From the IMG/VR virus record IMGVR_UViG_3300017966_000001, positions 1 to 61,068 of that record: a DNA stretch of 61,068 nucleotides; one strand, 5' to 3'. The notes beneath the pieces were generated by a model, which did no database searches, was not told the origin of the DNA, and saw only the letters and a program-made list of their open reading frames with translations. A program made the translations under genes and the position numbers. Of this stretch, positions 10,006 through 20,056 are shown in pieces. The number at the start of each line of letters is the position of its first letter. The stretch's first letter is position 1. The stretch comes from a virus (Duplodnaviria > Caudoviricetes).

Positions 10006-10145
10006 GTGTCCTGGTGAGCCATAAGGCCGCGACACTGAATGAGTTGCAGACAACCTATAGTCTAGAAGACGCGTATGATCTGCTTGAGATTCTATTGATC
10101 GATGCCCACAATGAGCGAGTGTCGGCACCAAAGGAAGATTACTGA
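9909..10145 (+). CDS. Tail assembly chaperone GT extension via -1 frameshift at G GGT TTT (9909-9915)
   Basis: In-frame X XXY YYZ heptamer; the -1 frame is open to TGA 10143-10145 and encodes ...ATLNELQTTYSLEDAYDLLEILL... Confidence 0.8.
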   Translation, partial: GFFADREPLGIGSGFGDSNADLADYKNVSRLIGVLVSHKAATLNELQTTYSLEDAYDLLEILLIDAHNERVSAPKEDY

Positions 10146-11896
10146 TGGCAACCGTTATCGATAGCTTGCTAGTGACACTTGGACTCGACGCCTCTGGGTT
10201 ATCTAGGGGCAAGGAAGAGTCCAAGCACTCGCTTGACGAGCTGCGGGTCAAAGTTGACGAAGTGGGAAAGCATCTGAGCTCATTGAAAGCTCAGTCAATG
10301 GCTACAGCGGCTGACGTAAAAAACGGTGTCCCAGAGGCGGCCACATCATACCATAAATTGCAATCCGAAATTAGCAAAGTCACTGAAGAAGAACGCAAAC
10401 TTCAAGGGCAAATCAAACACGTCACCGCTGAATTTGCCGAGCAAGGTAATAAAGTCAAAGAAGTTTTCAGCGAGTCCAAAAAAGTCCTAATGGAATTGGT
10501 CGGACTCGCCGGCCTTGGCCTAGCTGTGGGCAAATTTGTCGGGTTCATCGAGAAGACCACGGAAGCGGCTGTGGTTGTTTCTCGTCTATCCAAAGAAGCC
10601 CACATCGGAGTTGAAGAAGTTCAAGCATGGCAAAGCGTCGTCGCTAAATTTGGAGGATCCGCAGAAGGCGTTGCCAGCTCTATTGAGCATCTGGGAATGC
10701 GGATGTCGATGCTTGGCACCAAGCTGCACGGCGCTAAAAGGGTGACGATGGCTTTGGCTCAAATCGGGATTAGTGAGATTCAGGTCAAAGGCAAGGAAAC
10801 TGGGCAGGTCTTAGAGATAATTTCGGATAAACTGAAGGGCATGGAGTTTTACAAAGCTCGCAAAATGACGTCCCTGCTTGGCATTGACGACCCTGGGTTG
10901 ATCAGGGCTATGGTGCAAGGGGGTGACGAGCTACAGAAGGCGCTATCGAGTGCAAAAAAGAACGCCTTGAATGAAGAAGACATCGAGGCAATGCATCGCT
11001 ACCACGAGTCTCAGATTGCGATAAGCAAATCGTTTAGCAACATCAAGAAGCATGTAGTTGCTGATTTGATGCCAGCTTTGGAGTTGCTCACAAAGCTAGT
11101 TGAAAAAGGCGCTAAATTTTTAAAGGACAACCGAAAAACAATCGAAGCGGGCATACTCGCAATCGGAGCTGTCACCCTGTGGCTAGGTCGAGCTACACTC
11201 GCCACCGGAATCAAAATGGCTTCGGGTTGGTTGATTGCTCAGGCTCCGCTGATCCCATACTATCTAGCAATAGCTGCAATAGTGACAATACTCACATATC
11301 TAATTGTAAAATTCCGAGAATGGCGAGAAGGCGGAGAGTCCGCGTTTAGCCCACTTTTTGCCTACTTGCAGCAAGGCTTCACTCAGTTGATGGGTATGGT
11401 TGAGGATGTAGGCGCCATCTTCAAGGACGTGTGGGATTTCATTGTTGGCGTCGTCACAGGTGACGACGATAAAATCCTAAAAGCGCTCGGCAATTTGTGG
11501 GAACATGTGGTGGACCTGCTTGATATAGCTGTCGGCTGGATGGAATACCGTTTTTGGGTCCTATACTACACAATTGAAAAAATCATCAAGAAAATTCCAG
11601 GCATGATGAAAGAAAATTTGACGAAAGGCTTGGGCGATGTCTTCGGAAACCTACTTCGTAATCCACTACTCCGCTTCAACCCTGTCACTGGTCCAGTAAT
11701 GGGTACGATTGGCGCGACCAGATCACTCATGAAAGGCGCTTCAAACGAGGGTGGGCCAACTAGTGTAGATAACAGTAAAACCGCCACAACAACGATCAAC
11801 GGACCCGTCACAATTCAAACTCAAGCCACAAATGCGCCCGATCTAGCCAAAGATCTGTCCTGGGGAACGTTCCAGATAGCCGGGGGGTTCAATTAA
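10145..11896 (+). CDS. Tape measure protein
   Basis: MATVIDSLLVTLGLD start; long helical protein with hydrophobic segments; follows the chaperone. Confidence 0.9.
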   Translation: MATVIDSLLVTLGLDASGLSRGKEESKHSLDELRVKVDEVGKHLSSLKAQSMATAADVKNGVPEAATSYHKLQSEISKVTEEERKLQGQIKHVTAEFAEQGNKVKEVFSESKKVLMELVGLAGLGLAVGKFVGFIEKTTEAAVVVSRLSKEAHIGVEEVQAWQSVVAKFGGSAEGVASSIEHLGMRMSMLGTKLHGAKRVTMALAQIGISEIQVKGKETGQVLEIISDKLKGMEFYKARKMTSLLGIDDPGLIRAMVQGGDELQKALSSAKKNALNEEDIEAMHRYHESQIAISKSFSNIKKHVVADLMPALELLTKLVEKGAKFLKDNRKTIEAGILAIGAVTLWLGRATLATGIKMASGWLIAQAPLIPYYLAIAAIVTILTYLIVKFREWREGGESAFSPLFAYLQQGFTQLMGMVEDVGAIFKDVWDFIVGVVTGDDDKILKALGNLWEHVVDLLDIAVGWMEYRFWVLYYTIEKIIKKIPGMMKENLTKGLGDVFGNLLRNPLLRFNPVTGPVMGTIGATRSLMKGASNEGGPTSVDNSKTATTTINGPVTIQTQATNAPDLAKDLSWGTFQIAGGFN

Positions 11897-12441
11897 TGCA
11901 AAGTTTAGAATGGGGTATTTATGATCTAAATGGGAATCTAGTCTTCAATGCGGACTCAATCTCGGAAGTCAAGTATGCTGTGAAGACCAAGGTGTCAAAT
12001 TTCCCTGTCGAGAAAGGGACATTTGCTACCTACAACAAAGTCCAGGAACCCGACTCAGTCAAACTCAAACTTCTGGCCAGCGGTGCAGCAAAAGTATCCC
12101 CACTGATCGCAAAGCTCAAGCAAGAGACCGTTTCACCGAACTTGTATAATATCGTTACGCCATTAAACATATACGCGAACATGACGTTGGAAAACTTCAA
12201 CTACTCGCAAACTTCAACAAAAGGTCTTGAGCTTCTATCAATTGATGCGAGCTTCCTGGAGGTTCGAGAAGTTAACCCAACGTTCACAAATGTCAAGATC
12301 CCGGCTCCTAAAAAAGCAACCGCAAAGTCTAAAGAGACTGAGGGCAAGAAGCAAACAAGTAACCCTAGGAAGACTGAATTACTCAAGGGGACTCTTAAAA
12401 ATGCTGACGCAGCCGCTCATCGGCTCGTTTATGGTGATTGA
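11896..12441 (+). CDS. Baseplate protein (tail tube initiator / Dit-like)
   Basis: VSNFPVEKGTFATYNKV motif; follows tape measure. Confidence 0.75.
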   Translation: MQSLEWGIYDLNGNLVFNADSISEVKYAVKTKVSNFPVEKGTFATYNKVQEPDSVKLKLLASGAAKVSPLIAKLKQETVSPNLYNIVTPLNIYANMTLENFNYSQTSTKGLELLSIDASFLEVREVNPTFTNVKIPAPKKATAKSKETEGKKQTSNPRKTELLKGTLKNADAAAHRLVYGD

Positions 12442-12761
12442 TGATATATTGTGATTTGGCTATTAACGGTGTTCCCACATGGGTGGGGGTGCCATGTTTA
12501 ACCAACGTGTTGATTGGTAGTCAGCCGTATCTACCTTTTCGCGGCCTACTGATATTCAATTGCACATATGGGATGACAGATCCAGATTACACAGGATTCG
12601 GGGATGATGGGCGGTTCGAACTATTGTTTACTCCGGATGCTGAAAATTGGGAGACGATTCCACTCAAGGCTATCCCATCGCAACAGTTTGACATCGACCT
12701 CAATGGACAAAACTGCACGCTATCTATCTATCAGAAAGACTCGTTTGACATAGGTGCCTGA
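12438..12761 (+). CDS. Baseplate plug-type protein
   Basis: DPDYTGFG and IPLKAIPSQQF...QNCTLSIYQK; synteny. Confidence 0.6.
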   Translation: MMIYCDLAINGVPTWVGVPCLTNVLIGSQPYLPFRGLLIFNCTYGMTDPDYTGFGDDGRFELLFTPDAENWETIPLKAIPSQQFDIDLNGQNCTLSIYQKDSFDIGA

Positions 12762-13627
12762 TGGCCGGTTCGTTCACCAAAAAGCGTATACAAGTCAACA
12801 TTTCGTTGGCAAGCGGCACATTTGATGGATCGAACAATACGATCCAGTTGCAGGGTTTGCGTGTCGAGTGCCATGTTAAAAAGGGCGGGCATCCAAGCAA
12901 AAATGAATGCAAGCTCAAGGTATACGGCCTATCGGACGCAGACATGAACAAGCTCACCACCATGCCATCCAAAGACAAGAACGCGCTAGTAGTGCACAAG
13001 TCGATAGTGCAAGTGCTGGCCGGAGACAGTGATGGCATGGCTGTGGTTTTCTCGGGCAACATTGTTTCGGCATTCGCTGCCTATCAGTCCCCACCCAACC
13101 TGGCGTTTGAGGTCACAGCGATGGAGGGTTATTACCCATCTATTGCACCCAGCAAACCAAAGTCTTTTAAAGGTGTGACGCAGGTCAGCACTATTCTGAA
13201 AACCCTTGCCGGCGAGATGGGTTATAGTTACGAGGATGGCGGAGTGGATGCCACACTCAACAGCCCCATTCTGGAGGGTAGTGCGTGGGCGCAGGCGTCT
13301 GAGGTAGCAGACAGCTGCGATTTGGAGTTTGGCGCAGATGACGGAGTTATGTTCGCGGCACCTCGACACGGGGTCCGTTCCGGGTATGTGCCTCTGATTT
13401 CCCCAGACAGTGGATTGAGGGAGTATCCTGTGTTTGATAAGGAAGGGTTGAGATTCTCATGTCTCTATAACCCAGCTTTGAGACTAGGGGGCGCCGTGTC
13501 AGTCAAATCAGCGGTTAAAGTCGCATGCGGGACGTGGCGCATCCATGGTCTAGACCATCAGTTGGAGTCAGAAAATCCCAATGGCAAATGGTTTTCAGAT
13601 GTTCGCGCCACTTGGATCGGCTCATGA
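12761..13627 (+). CDS. Baseplate hub protein
   Basis: LKVYGLS...VFSGNI...LISPDSGL..YP...CLYNP; synteny. Confidence 0.75.
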   Translation: MAGSFTKKRIQVNISLASGTFDGSNNTIQLQGLRVECHVKKGGHPSKNECKLKVYGLSDADMNKLTTMPSKDKNALVVHKSIVQVLAGDSDGMAVVFSGNIVSAFAAYQSPPNLAFEVTAMEGYYPSIAPSKPKSFKGVTQVSTILKTLAGEMGYSYEDGGVDATLNSPILEGSAWAQASEVADSCDLEFGADDGVMFAAPRHGVRSGYVPLISPDSGLREYPVFDKEGLRFSCLYNPALRLGGAVSVKSAVKVACGTWRIHGLDHQLESENPNGKWFSDVRATWIGS

Positions 13628-14289
13628 GCGACGCGGTTTATTCCAAGCGCAAAGTTTCAACCGAGAACACTGGATTTAACCAGCTGTCGTTTGTTGTCAA
13701 ACAACACCTCAACAAGATGCGAACAGCAACTTTAGTCAAAGTTGTGGGCGTCACGCCTAACGGTGACGGCACGGGCTTTTTGGATGTCCTACCCCTGGTC
13801 AATTCTGTGGGCAGTGATGGAGCGATTATCGAGAATGTGCCGATTTATGACGTGCCTTATTTACGACTCTCTGGCGGTCCGAATGTCGTGATTTGTGACC
13901 CCGCCGTTGGTGATGTTGGTTTTTGTGTGTTTGCTGACTCAGATGTTTCAAGTGTTATGGGCCAAATTGGACCAGCCACAGCGCCATCAGAGCGCAAATT
14001 CTCGCCGTCCGACGCACTCTATGTGGGCACATGTCTACCTGTCACAGCGCCACAACGATACATCAAAATCAGTGACGCCGGTGTTCAGATTTTCGCACCC
14101 GAAGACATGGCCATCAACGCTCCTGCGATTGCGACCGATGCAGCTCTGAAAATTGCCGGCAAACAGGTGGTTGGTGCGCAGCAATCCGCTGTGAGTTTTA
14201 CTGCCGGTGGGCCCAACCCAGATCCGAACTCTCAATCGGCGATCCAAGGAATCATCAATGTATTGAAAGCACACGGGTTGACGGCATGA
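13624..14289 (+). CDS. Baseplate spike / gpV-like protein
   Basis: DVLPLV...VPYLRLSGG...DPAVGDVG...FADSD...RKFSPSDALY OB-fold pattern; ATGA overlap start. Confidence 0.8.
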   Translation: MSDAVYSKRKVSTENTGFNQLSFVVKQHLNKMRTATLVKVVGVTPNGDGTGFLDVLPLVNSVGSDGAIIENVPIYDVPYLRLSGGPNVVICDPAVGDVGFCVFADSDVSSVMGQIGPATAPSERKFSPSDALYVGTCLPVTAPQRYIKISDAGVQIFAPEDMAINAPAIATDAALKIAGKQVVGAQQSAVSFTAGGPNPDPNSQSAIQGIINVLKAHGLTA

Positions 14290-14633
14290 ACACACTAAAA
14301 CTTGACATCAATTGGGATCTAACTCTGGACTCGTCCAGAAACATAGCCGTCCTAACTGGCGGGGCAGCACTTGCTCAGGATGTTGCATCCGCCATCTCAC
14401 TGTTTTCAGGCGAGCTATACTATAACACAAGCCAGGGAGTGCCATGGTTCGGTGACGTGTTGGGGCGGTCGTATAGCAAACGTCTGATCGAGACACTCCT
14501 GGAGAGAGCGGCATTGACAGTGCCCACAGTTGTGTCTGCGCAAGCCGTTGTTTCGGGCTTCTCGGGGCGCACTGTTACTGGGGAAGTCCGGTTCATTGAT
14601 AGCACGGGTGCTGAAAACGGAGTATCTTTCTAG
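14286..14633 (+). CDS. Baseplate wedge protein (gp25/W-like)
   Basis: WDLTLD..NIA...AQDVASAI.LF.GELYYN...GVPW. Confidence 0.75.
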   Translation: MNTLKLDINWDLTLDSSRNIAVLTGGAALAQDVASAISLFSGELYYNTSQGVPWFGDVLGRSYSKRLIETLLERAALTVPTVVSAQAVVSGFSGRTVTGEVRFIDSTGAENGVSF

Positions 14634-14645
14634 GGATGAGGTTGT

Positions 14646-15878
14646 ATGCCAACTAGCGTTCCATCCCCGACCCTCGGGCCAACAGGTTATTCGATCCCCA
14701 GTGACGCAGATATTCTGACAGGCGTGTTGGCCGATATCAATTCAGCATTTGGTGGCAACCTCAATACTGATTTAAGCACCCCACAAGGTCAACTTGCTAC
14801 ATCTATAACTGCTATAATCTCTAATTGTTATGCTCAATTTTTGGCACTGGTGTCTCAATTCGATCCAATTTACGCACAGGGTCGCATGCAGGACGCGATA
14901 GGTGCACTGTATTCAATAACGCGATTTCCAGCGACATCAACTACTATCAGTGCTCGATGCAATGGCTCGCAGGGCACGGTCATCCCCGCAAGTATAGCAC
15001 TATTGGTGGATGCCGCTGGTAACAAATATCAGACGGTGGGTGGAGTGATAACCTCGGCGGGGTATGTCGATTTGGAATTCACAAATCAGACAGCCGGAGC
15101 ACTTGCGTATGAGGCACCAATCACAATCTACCAATCGGTCGCGGGCCTGTCATCAGTGTCGAACGTCAGTTTAATCTCCACTGGGACTGATGTCGAAACC
15201 CAGCAAGCATTCGAATATCGCAGGCAGGCACTCTTGGCGGTTAAATCCGATGGAATGATCGCATCAATGAGAGCTGCAATCCTGTCGATCGCCCCGTCAT
15301 TGGCTTGCGCAATAGCCGAGAACCCCTCCGACTCACCGGCCACAATCCGTGGTGTCTCGCTGCCAGCAAATTCGATCTATATCTCAGTGGGTGTGATTGA
15401 CGGGGTGATCGATCAAGCGCTGGGATTTCAGATATCTCAAGCAATTTATTCCAAAAAGGTGCCCGGGACGCCATACGCTGTCGCAACTGGTCCCTATTAT
15501 GCAACCGATTCGACGTTACCCGATCCTAAACCCACATACCCCGTGGGGTTTGTCGAACCAACTAAAACGTCAATCAATTTTGTAGTTAGTTTAGTTGCAG
15601 CCTCAAATCCGCCTGGGGATGCGGCGTTGTTGGTTCAACAGGCGATTCGCAAGGCGTTTACTGGGGAAGATGGTGGGTTCGTTGACGTCGCAATTGATTC
15701 CCTGATCGGCGGCACAATTTACTCAAGTCAATTTTACCCGGCAGTCACTGCAGCTTTGCCCACAGTGGGTGTGGCTTCGATTGCAATTGGGTTATCCATT
15801 TCGCCATCTGACTATGTGCTAGAGCTGAATTTGGACCAGATTCCTGTCCTGGGCAGCATTTCAGTAGTGGCAATATGA
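14646..15878 (+). CDS. Baseplate J-like protein
   Basis: TPQGQLA...FDP..AQGRMQDAIG...GTDVET...FEYRR. Confidence 0.85.
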   Translation: MPTSVPSPTLGPTGYSIPSDADILTGVLADINSAFGGNLNTDLSTPQGQLATSITAIISNCYAQFLALVSQFDPIYAQGRMQDAIGALYSITRFPATSTTISARCNGSQGTVIPASIALLVDAAGNKYQTVGGVITSAGYVDLEFTNQTAGALAYEAPITIYQSVAGLSSVSNVSLISTGTDVETQQAFEYRRQALLAVKSDGMIASMRAAILSIAPSLACAIAENPSDSPATIRGVSLPANSIYISVGVIDGVIDQALGFQISQAIYSKKVPGTPYAVATGPYYATDSTLPDPKPTYPVGFVEPTKTSINFVVSLVAASNPPGDAALLVQQAIRKAFTGEDGGFVDVAIDSLIGGTIYSSQFYPAVTAALPTVGVASIAIGLSISPSDYVLELNLDQIPVLGSISVVAI

Positions 15879-16486
15879 TCGATCTCGCCTCGACAGTAAT
15901 TGCCCAGTATTCGAATTCCCCAGTATTGTTGTCAATGTTGGGATCGATCAATTCGGCCTTGGACAGCGATGCTGAGACAGCTGATTTTTACAACAAAGTT
16001 TTCAACATCGCGACTGCCCAGGGTTACGGTCTTGATGTGTGGGGACGCATACTCAGGGTATCACGCAAACTATTGTTACCACAACTCAAGAGTCAATACT
16101 TTGGGTTTTCAGAAGCCAATGGCTGGCAACCGTGGGGGCAGGCCCAATTCTGGGATGGTTGCGGACAATATTCGATTTACACGTTGGGCGACACCGAGTA
16201 TCGTAGATTATTGATGGTTAAGGCCCATAACAACATCAGCAACTTGTCAATTGAAAACATGAATTTTGTCTTGAATGCTCTATTTGGTGACACTACAAAA
16301 TGTTATGTTCAAGACAATCTAGACATGACCATCTATTTGGTGTTCGAAACCCCATTGACGTTGATACAGGCGTCAATTCTAGTCCAATCAGATTTGTTAC
16401 CTAGACCAATGGGTATCAAAAGTTACATTGTCGATGGTATCGGAACTACCCCCCTGCAAATTCAATACCGTGAGGTTATACCGTGA
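15875..16486 (+). CDS. Baseplate wedge protein (DUF2612-type)
   Basis: TVIAQYSNSP, TAQGYGLDVWGRI, YFGF, LPRPMG. Confidence 0.85.
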   Translation: MIDLASTVIAQYSNSPVLLSMLGSINSALDSDAETADFYNKVFNIATAQGYGLDVWGRILRVSRKLLLPQLKSQYFGFSEANGWQPWGQAQFWDGCGQYSIYTLGDTEYRRLLMVKAHNNISNLSIENMNFVLNALFGDTTKCYVQDNLDMTIYLVFETPLTLIQASILVQSDLLPRPMGIKSYIVDGIGTTPLQIQYREVIP

Positions 16487-18468
16487 CTCTATCTAATCCC
16501 GACAGCCGGTTGATTCAACTGCCGTGGCGCGGTAGAAATGGGGTGAACGCAGGCTTGTTAAATGTTGTCCCCGTGGACGCGGTGGGTAGCGGTAATTCGG
16601 CATCGTTTGCGGATGGCTTCCCTATCCAGACGATGGTTTCACCAGATTTGGGTGGTGTTCCCCCAAGTGGAGCGGATATCAATGGGTTGCTTAACCAGTT
16701 GACGGCATTGATGTTGTGGGATAACGCTGGCGGGCAATGGCGCTACAATGCCGCGTTAGCTGCAGCTATTGGCGGTTATCCGATTGGCGCTACTCTGCAG
16801 CTGTCTGACAATGCAACGACAGTGCTTTGCACAAGCGCGGGTAATCTTAACGACCCAAACAGCAATCTCAATGGATGGCAGCTCGTTGGCAACGCGGCCC
16901 TGATCGATTCGACGCTCGCCAACGGTGACGCCCTTGTGCGCGTATTGCAGCCGTTTACTGGGGCAATCGCCAGGACTCAGCATCAAAAGAACATTGACGC
17001 GCTCAATGCCCTGGATTTTTGCGTGGGGGATGGTGGCACTGATGACACTGCGGCAATGCAGCATTTGCTTAACACGGGGCGAGATGTCGATCTGAGCTAC
17101 GGCGTCTACAAATGCGGCGCATTGTTCATGGCAGCCGACAACCAAAAGATCTTCAGCCATAGAGGTGGCACAATTATTGCTACATCCAGCGCCATACAGC
17201 AGATAACGGTGGCTGGGGATAGTCAGCGGATCTCTGGGATCAGGTTTAAGGGCGTCGCCACAACATCAAATCCAACGCTGTATTTCGCCATCTACACCTC
17301 TGCTACGCCAGCGACAAACATCACCATTGACAACTGCTATTTCACGGGGACAGACGCATCACATGGCTGGAACAATGGTATAAAACTGGCAATCGACTGT
17401 CACGGTGCGATGATCTTCCACAACCGCATCGACAGTTTGTGGGGATCAGCTGACGGTGGTTATGCCATATTGGTGTCCGACTCCGACCATTGTTTAATTC
17501 ATCAAAATATCATCATCGGGGACTCTGCGACACAACTAAGAGGCCGTCACGGAGTCTATTTGTCTGCTGGCGCTCAATACAACTCGGTCACGAACAACTT
17601 CATATACGGGACGTATGAAGCGGGGATTACCCACTTTTCCCAAAATACACAGGACGTTTGCGACAGCAATTTGATTGCTGAGAATTATGTAATCCGGTGC
17701 TCTAGGGCTGCAAATTTTGCGGGTGGTGGCATCACAATCGGAGGTAAATCAACAAGATGCATGTGCCTCAACAATATCGTCCTTGAAAGTCCAGCTAAGG
17801 GTATCACCCTCGACGCCACTAACTATGGCACGAGTGTCGCTCCAATCGCGTATGGCAACGTCGTGCGTGGTAACAAGGTCTACAATTCCGGGTCGTTCGG
17901 GATCACGATGATCAATCAAGACTCATTTGTGATCGCTGATAACGACATCCGAGACTCTAGTGTTGGATATCCTGGCACATATCCACACATTGGCTTAGAC
18001 AACATTGTGGGTGGATTTGGATGTCAAAACGGTTACGTCGGAAACAATCAATGTAACGTCTCTGTAACGGCCAGAAGCTCATTTCAGTGCAACGCGGCCT
18101 ATGCGGCTGTTAACATTACAGTTGTGGGCAATAAGTTCCCTGTCTGCAACCTCACGGACATTGAGCTCAACGGATCGATCATTCCGGTCGATGGCAAACT
18201 GTGGAGCGTGACATCCTGGGCTCCTGGGACCGTCAACAATGGGGCGTCCGCAAACACAACGGTCAGTGTTCCGGGCGCTGTGCTCAACGATTTAGTTGAA
18301 GTCACGTTACGCGGTGGCGCTGGTGAAATGGTGGCCGGCCTGTTTGCGACCGGATTTGTTGCCAGCACTGGCAACGTCACGGTGACCCTCGGCAACCTAT
18401 CTGGTGGCAATCTAGCAGTGGCCAACACAGTTTTGACAGTGGCAGTGAGCAAACGTCAGCAGGTGTAA
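16483..18468 (+). CDS. Tail fibre/tailspike with right-handed beta-helix (putative polysaccharide-binding or depolymerase)
   Basis: N-term ASFADGFP...GGVPPSGADING...IGGYPIGA anchor; GDGGTDDTAAMQ tailspike motif; Asn/Gly-rich beta-helix rungs. Confidence 0.85.
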   Translation: MTLSNPDSRLIQLPWRGRNGVNAGLLNVVPVDAVGSGNSASFADGFPIQTMVSPDLGGVPPSGADINGLLNQLTALMLWDNAGGQWRYNAALAAAIGGYPIGATLQLSDNATTVLCTSAGNLNDPNSNLNGWQLVGNAALIDSTLANGDALVRVLQPFTGAIARTQHQKNIDALNALDFCVGDGGTDDTAAMQHLLNTGRDVDLSYGVYKCGALFMAADNQKIFSHRGGTIIATSSAIQQITVAGDSQRISGIRFKGVATTSNPTLYFAIYTSATPATNITIDNCYFTGTDASHGWNNGIKLAIDCHGAMIFHNRIDSLWGSADGGYAILVSDSDHCLIHQNIIIGDSATQLRGRHGVYLSAGAQYNSVTNNFIYGTYEAGITHFSQNTQDVCDSNLIAENYVIRCSRAANFAGGGITIGGKSTRCMCLNNIVLESPAKGITLDATNYGTSVAPIAYGNVVRGNKVYNSGSFGITMINQDSFVIADNDIRDSSVGYPGTYPHIGLDNIVGGFGCQNGYVGNNQCNVSVTARSSFQCNAAYAAVNITVVGNKFPVCNLTDIELNGSIIPVDGKLWSVTSWAPGTVNNGASANTTVSVPGAVLNDLVEVTLRGGAGEMVAGLFATGFVASTGNVTVTLGNLSGGNLAVANTVLTVAVSKRQQV

Positions 18469-18473
18469 ACGAT

Positions 18474-18498
18474 AAAAGCCCACTTTCGCGGGCTTTTT
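18474..18498. terminator. Bidirectional intrinsic terminator between convergent blocks
   Basis: AAAAGCCC-actttcgc-GGGCTTTTT. Confidence 0.85.
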
Positions 18499-18514
18499 AA
18501 TGCACCAAGCAGAG

Positions 18515-18820
18515 CTATTTGTGCTTCCGTGCAGCTTCACGCATCTTCACCAGATCGTCGAGCGAGTATTTGGTACTGTTGGCTAGCATCCGGCCAATTT
18601 CTTCAGGAGTGGCTTCGCGACCTTCGTTGACAGTTTTTGCAGCGAGTGATTCCGGGCTGTTGGGATCGGCAGCAGATTTGATGGTTTCAGCCGCTTCAGT
18701 CTGATGGATCTGCTCAACTTGCAGCGCCATGATCCCGCGAACTACACAATAAGCACCACCAGAGAAGCCGATGAGCAAGCTAGCTGTTGCAACAAGAATG
18801 AACTGGGTTGTGGTCTTCAT
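18515..18820 (-). CDS. Hypothetical protein with N-terminal transmembrane helix
   Basis: Hydrophobic residues 7-30; overlaps the upstream stop. Confidence 0.6.
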   Translation of the reverse strand: MKTTTQFILVATASLLIGFSGGAYCVVRGIMALQVEQIHQTEAAETIKSAADPNSPESLAAKTVNEGREATPEEIGRMLANSTKYSLDDLVKMREAARKHK

Positions 18821-19764
18821 TTAGTCCTCGCAGCCATAAAGGCTTTATGCAGCGATTTTACTTTCTTGGTGGTCGCATTTGGGATCACACCATTGTATTT
18901 GCTATAATCAAACGGCTCGTTCGAACTCATATCGCAATTGAACCCACTCCTTGAAAGAAGCAAGACAATTGCCTCTCTTGATAGACTCGTAGGCTTATCA
19001 AAGAGCATCATTTTTTGAGGAAAAGTGTTGCAAAACCCTGTGGCGAAATCGGTATTGTTCCAGTCGCCTGTGTTGCTGTCGCCTGTGTTCCAGTCGCCTG
19101 TGTTCCTGTGGCCTGTGTTCCTGTAGCCTGTGTTGCTGTGGCCTGTGTTGCTGTGGCCGGTGTTCCTGTCGCCTGTGTTGCTGTCGCCTGTGTTCCTGTG
19201 GCCTGTGTTGCTGTAGCCTGTGTTGCTGTCGCCTGTGTTGCTGTCGCCTGTGTTCCTGTGGCCTGTGTTGCTGTAGCCTGTGTTGCTGTGGCCTGTGTTG
19301 CTGTGGCCGGTGTTCCTGTCGCCTGTGTTGCTGTCGCCTGTGTTCCTGTGGCCTGTGTTGCTGTAGCCTGTGTTGCCGTGGCCTGTGTTCCTGTAGCCTG
19401 TGTTCCAGTCGCCTGTGTTCCTGTGGCCTGTGTTGCTGTGGCCTGTGTTGCTGTTGGCATCAAATTTAATTTCTTCAACTAACTCAATTCGCCGGGCCAC
19501 CATTTTATGGTCTGCACCTGGCTCGATAGCTGCATCCAACACATCATACGCTCTGATTTTGAATACACGCCCTGAACTGTAATAAGCCCAAACTCCAGAA
19601 GGATGTTTGCAAAAATGGATACCGTTTTTACAAGGTTCGAGAGGGTCATCGTTGCTCAATTCGTTGATTTCTCCAAAGACGTATTGTTTATCTCGACAAG
19701 TCAAGTCGTTGTTGAAAATCTTATATCCGTCAATGGGTCCGGGGAGTTCTTTATATTCGTGCAT
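18817..19764 (-). CDS. Pentapeptide (NTGxx) repeat protein with a conserved phage N-terminal domain
   Basis: GYKIFNNDLTCRDKQY...CKNGIHFC domain, then 26 NTGxx units. Confidence 0.85.
   Translation of the reverse strand: MHEYKELPGPIDGYKIFNNDLTCRDKQYVFGEINELSNDDPLEPCKNGIHFCKHPSGVWAYYSSGRVFKIRAYDVLDAAIEPGADHKMVARRIELVEEIKFDANSNTGHSNTGHRNTGDWNTGYRNTGHGNTGYSNTGHRNTGDSNTGDRNTGHSNTGHSNTGYSNTGHRNTGDSNTGDSNTGYSNTGHRNTGDSNTGDRNTGHSNTGHSNTGYRNTGHRNTGDWNTGDSNTGDWNNTDFATGFCNTFPQKMMLFDKPTSLSREAIVLLLSRSGFNCDMSSNEPFDYSKYNGVIPNATTKKVKSLHKAFMAARTK
19060..19449. repeat. 26 x 15-bp coding tandem repeat
   Basis: Minus-strand unit AAC ACA GGC (C/G/T)AC (AGC/AGG/TGG/GGC). Confidence 0.95.
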
Positions 19765-19774
19765 TTAGATTCTC

Positions 19775-19996
19775 CTAATTAGAAAGAACAATTTTGTCAT
19801 TGAACGGTTCGAACAAGCTATTAACGAAATTGTCACGATGTTCTCCAACACACAAGCCTTCATCGTAACTGAAAACAACAACTCCTTTATTGTAGGAGGA
19901 AAATAACACAACTACCAGAGGTTCACATTTACGCTGCATAAGCCTTGGATAGTTGTAATTATCTGTTTGATCGAGTTTGAGTATTTCGTTTTTCAT
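19775..19996 (-). CDS. Hypothetical protein
   Basis: ORF with GAGGGG RBS downstream of the promoter at 20019-20046. Confidence 0.6.
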   Translation of the reverse strand: MKNEILKLDQTDNYNYPRLMQRKCEPLVVVLFSSYNKGVVVFSYDEGLCVGEHRDNFVNSLFEPFNDKIVLSN

Positions 19997-20018
19997 TTCA
20001 GACCCCCTCACGACTCAA

Positions 20019-20046
20019 AAGATAACTCGGCGAGTATAATTGTCAA
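20019..20046 (-). promoter_or_regulatory. Sigma70-type promoter
   Basis: TTGACA-N16-TATCTT with AT-rich upstream sequence. Confidence 0.7.
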
Positions 20047-20056
20047 TAGGAAATTT

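Noticed and set aside
19008-19482. Alternative-frame ORFs (TQATA.. and VACVP..), or a CRISPR/DGR interpretation of the repeat
   Set aside because: Frames are open only because the 15-bp unit lacks stops. There are no unique spacers, variation is not adenine-specific, and no reverse transcriptase was found
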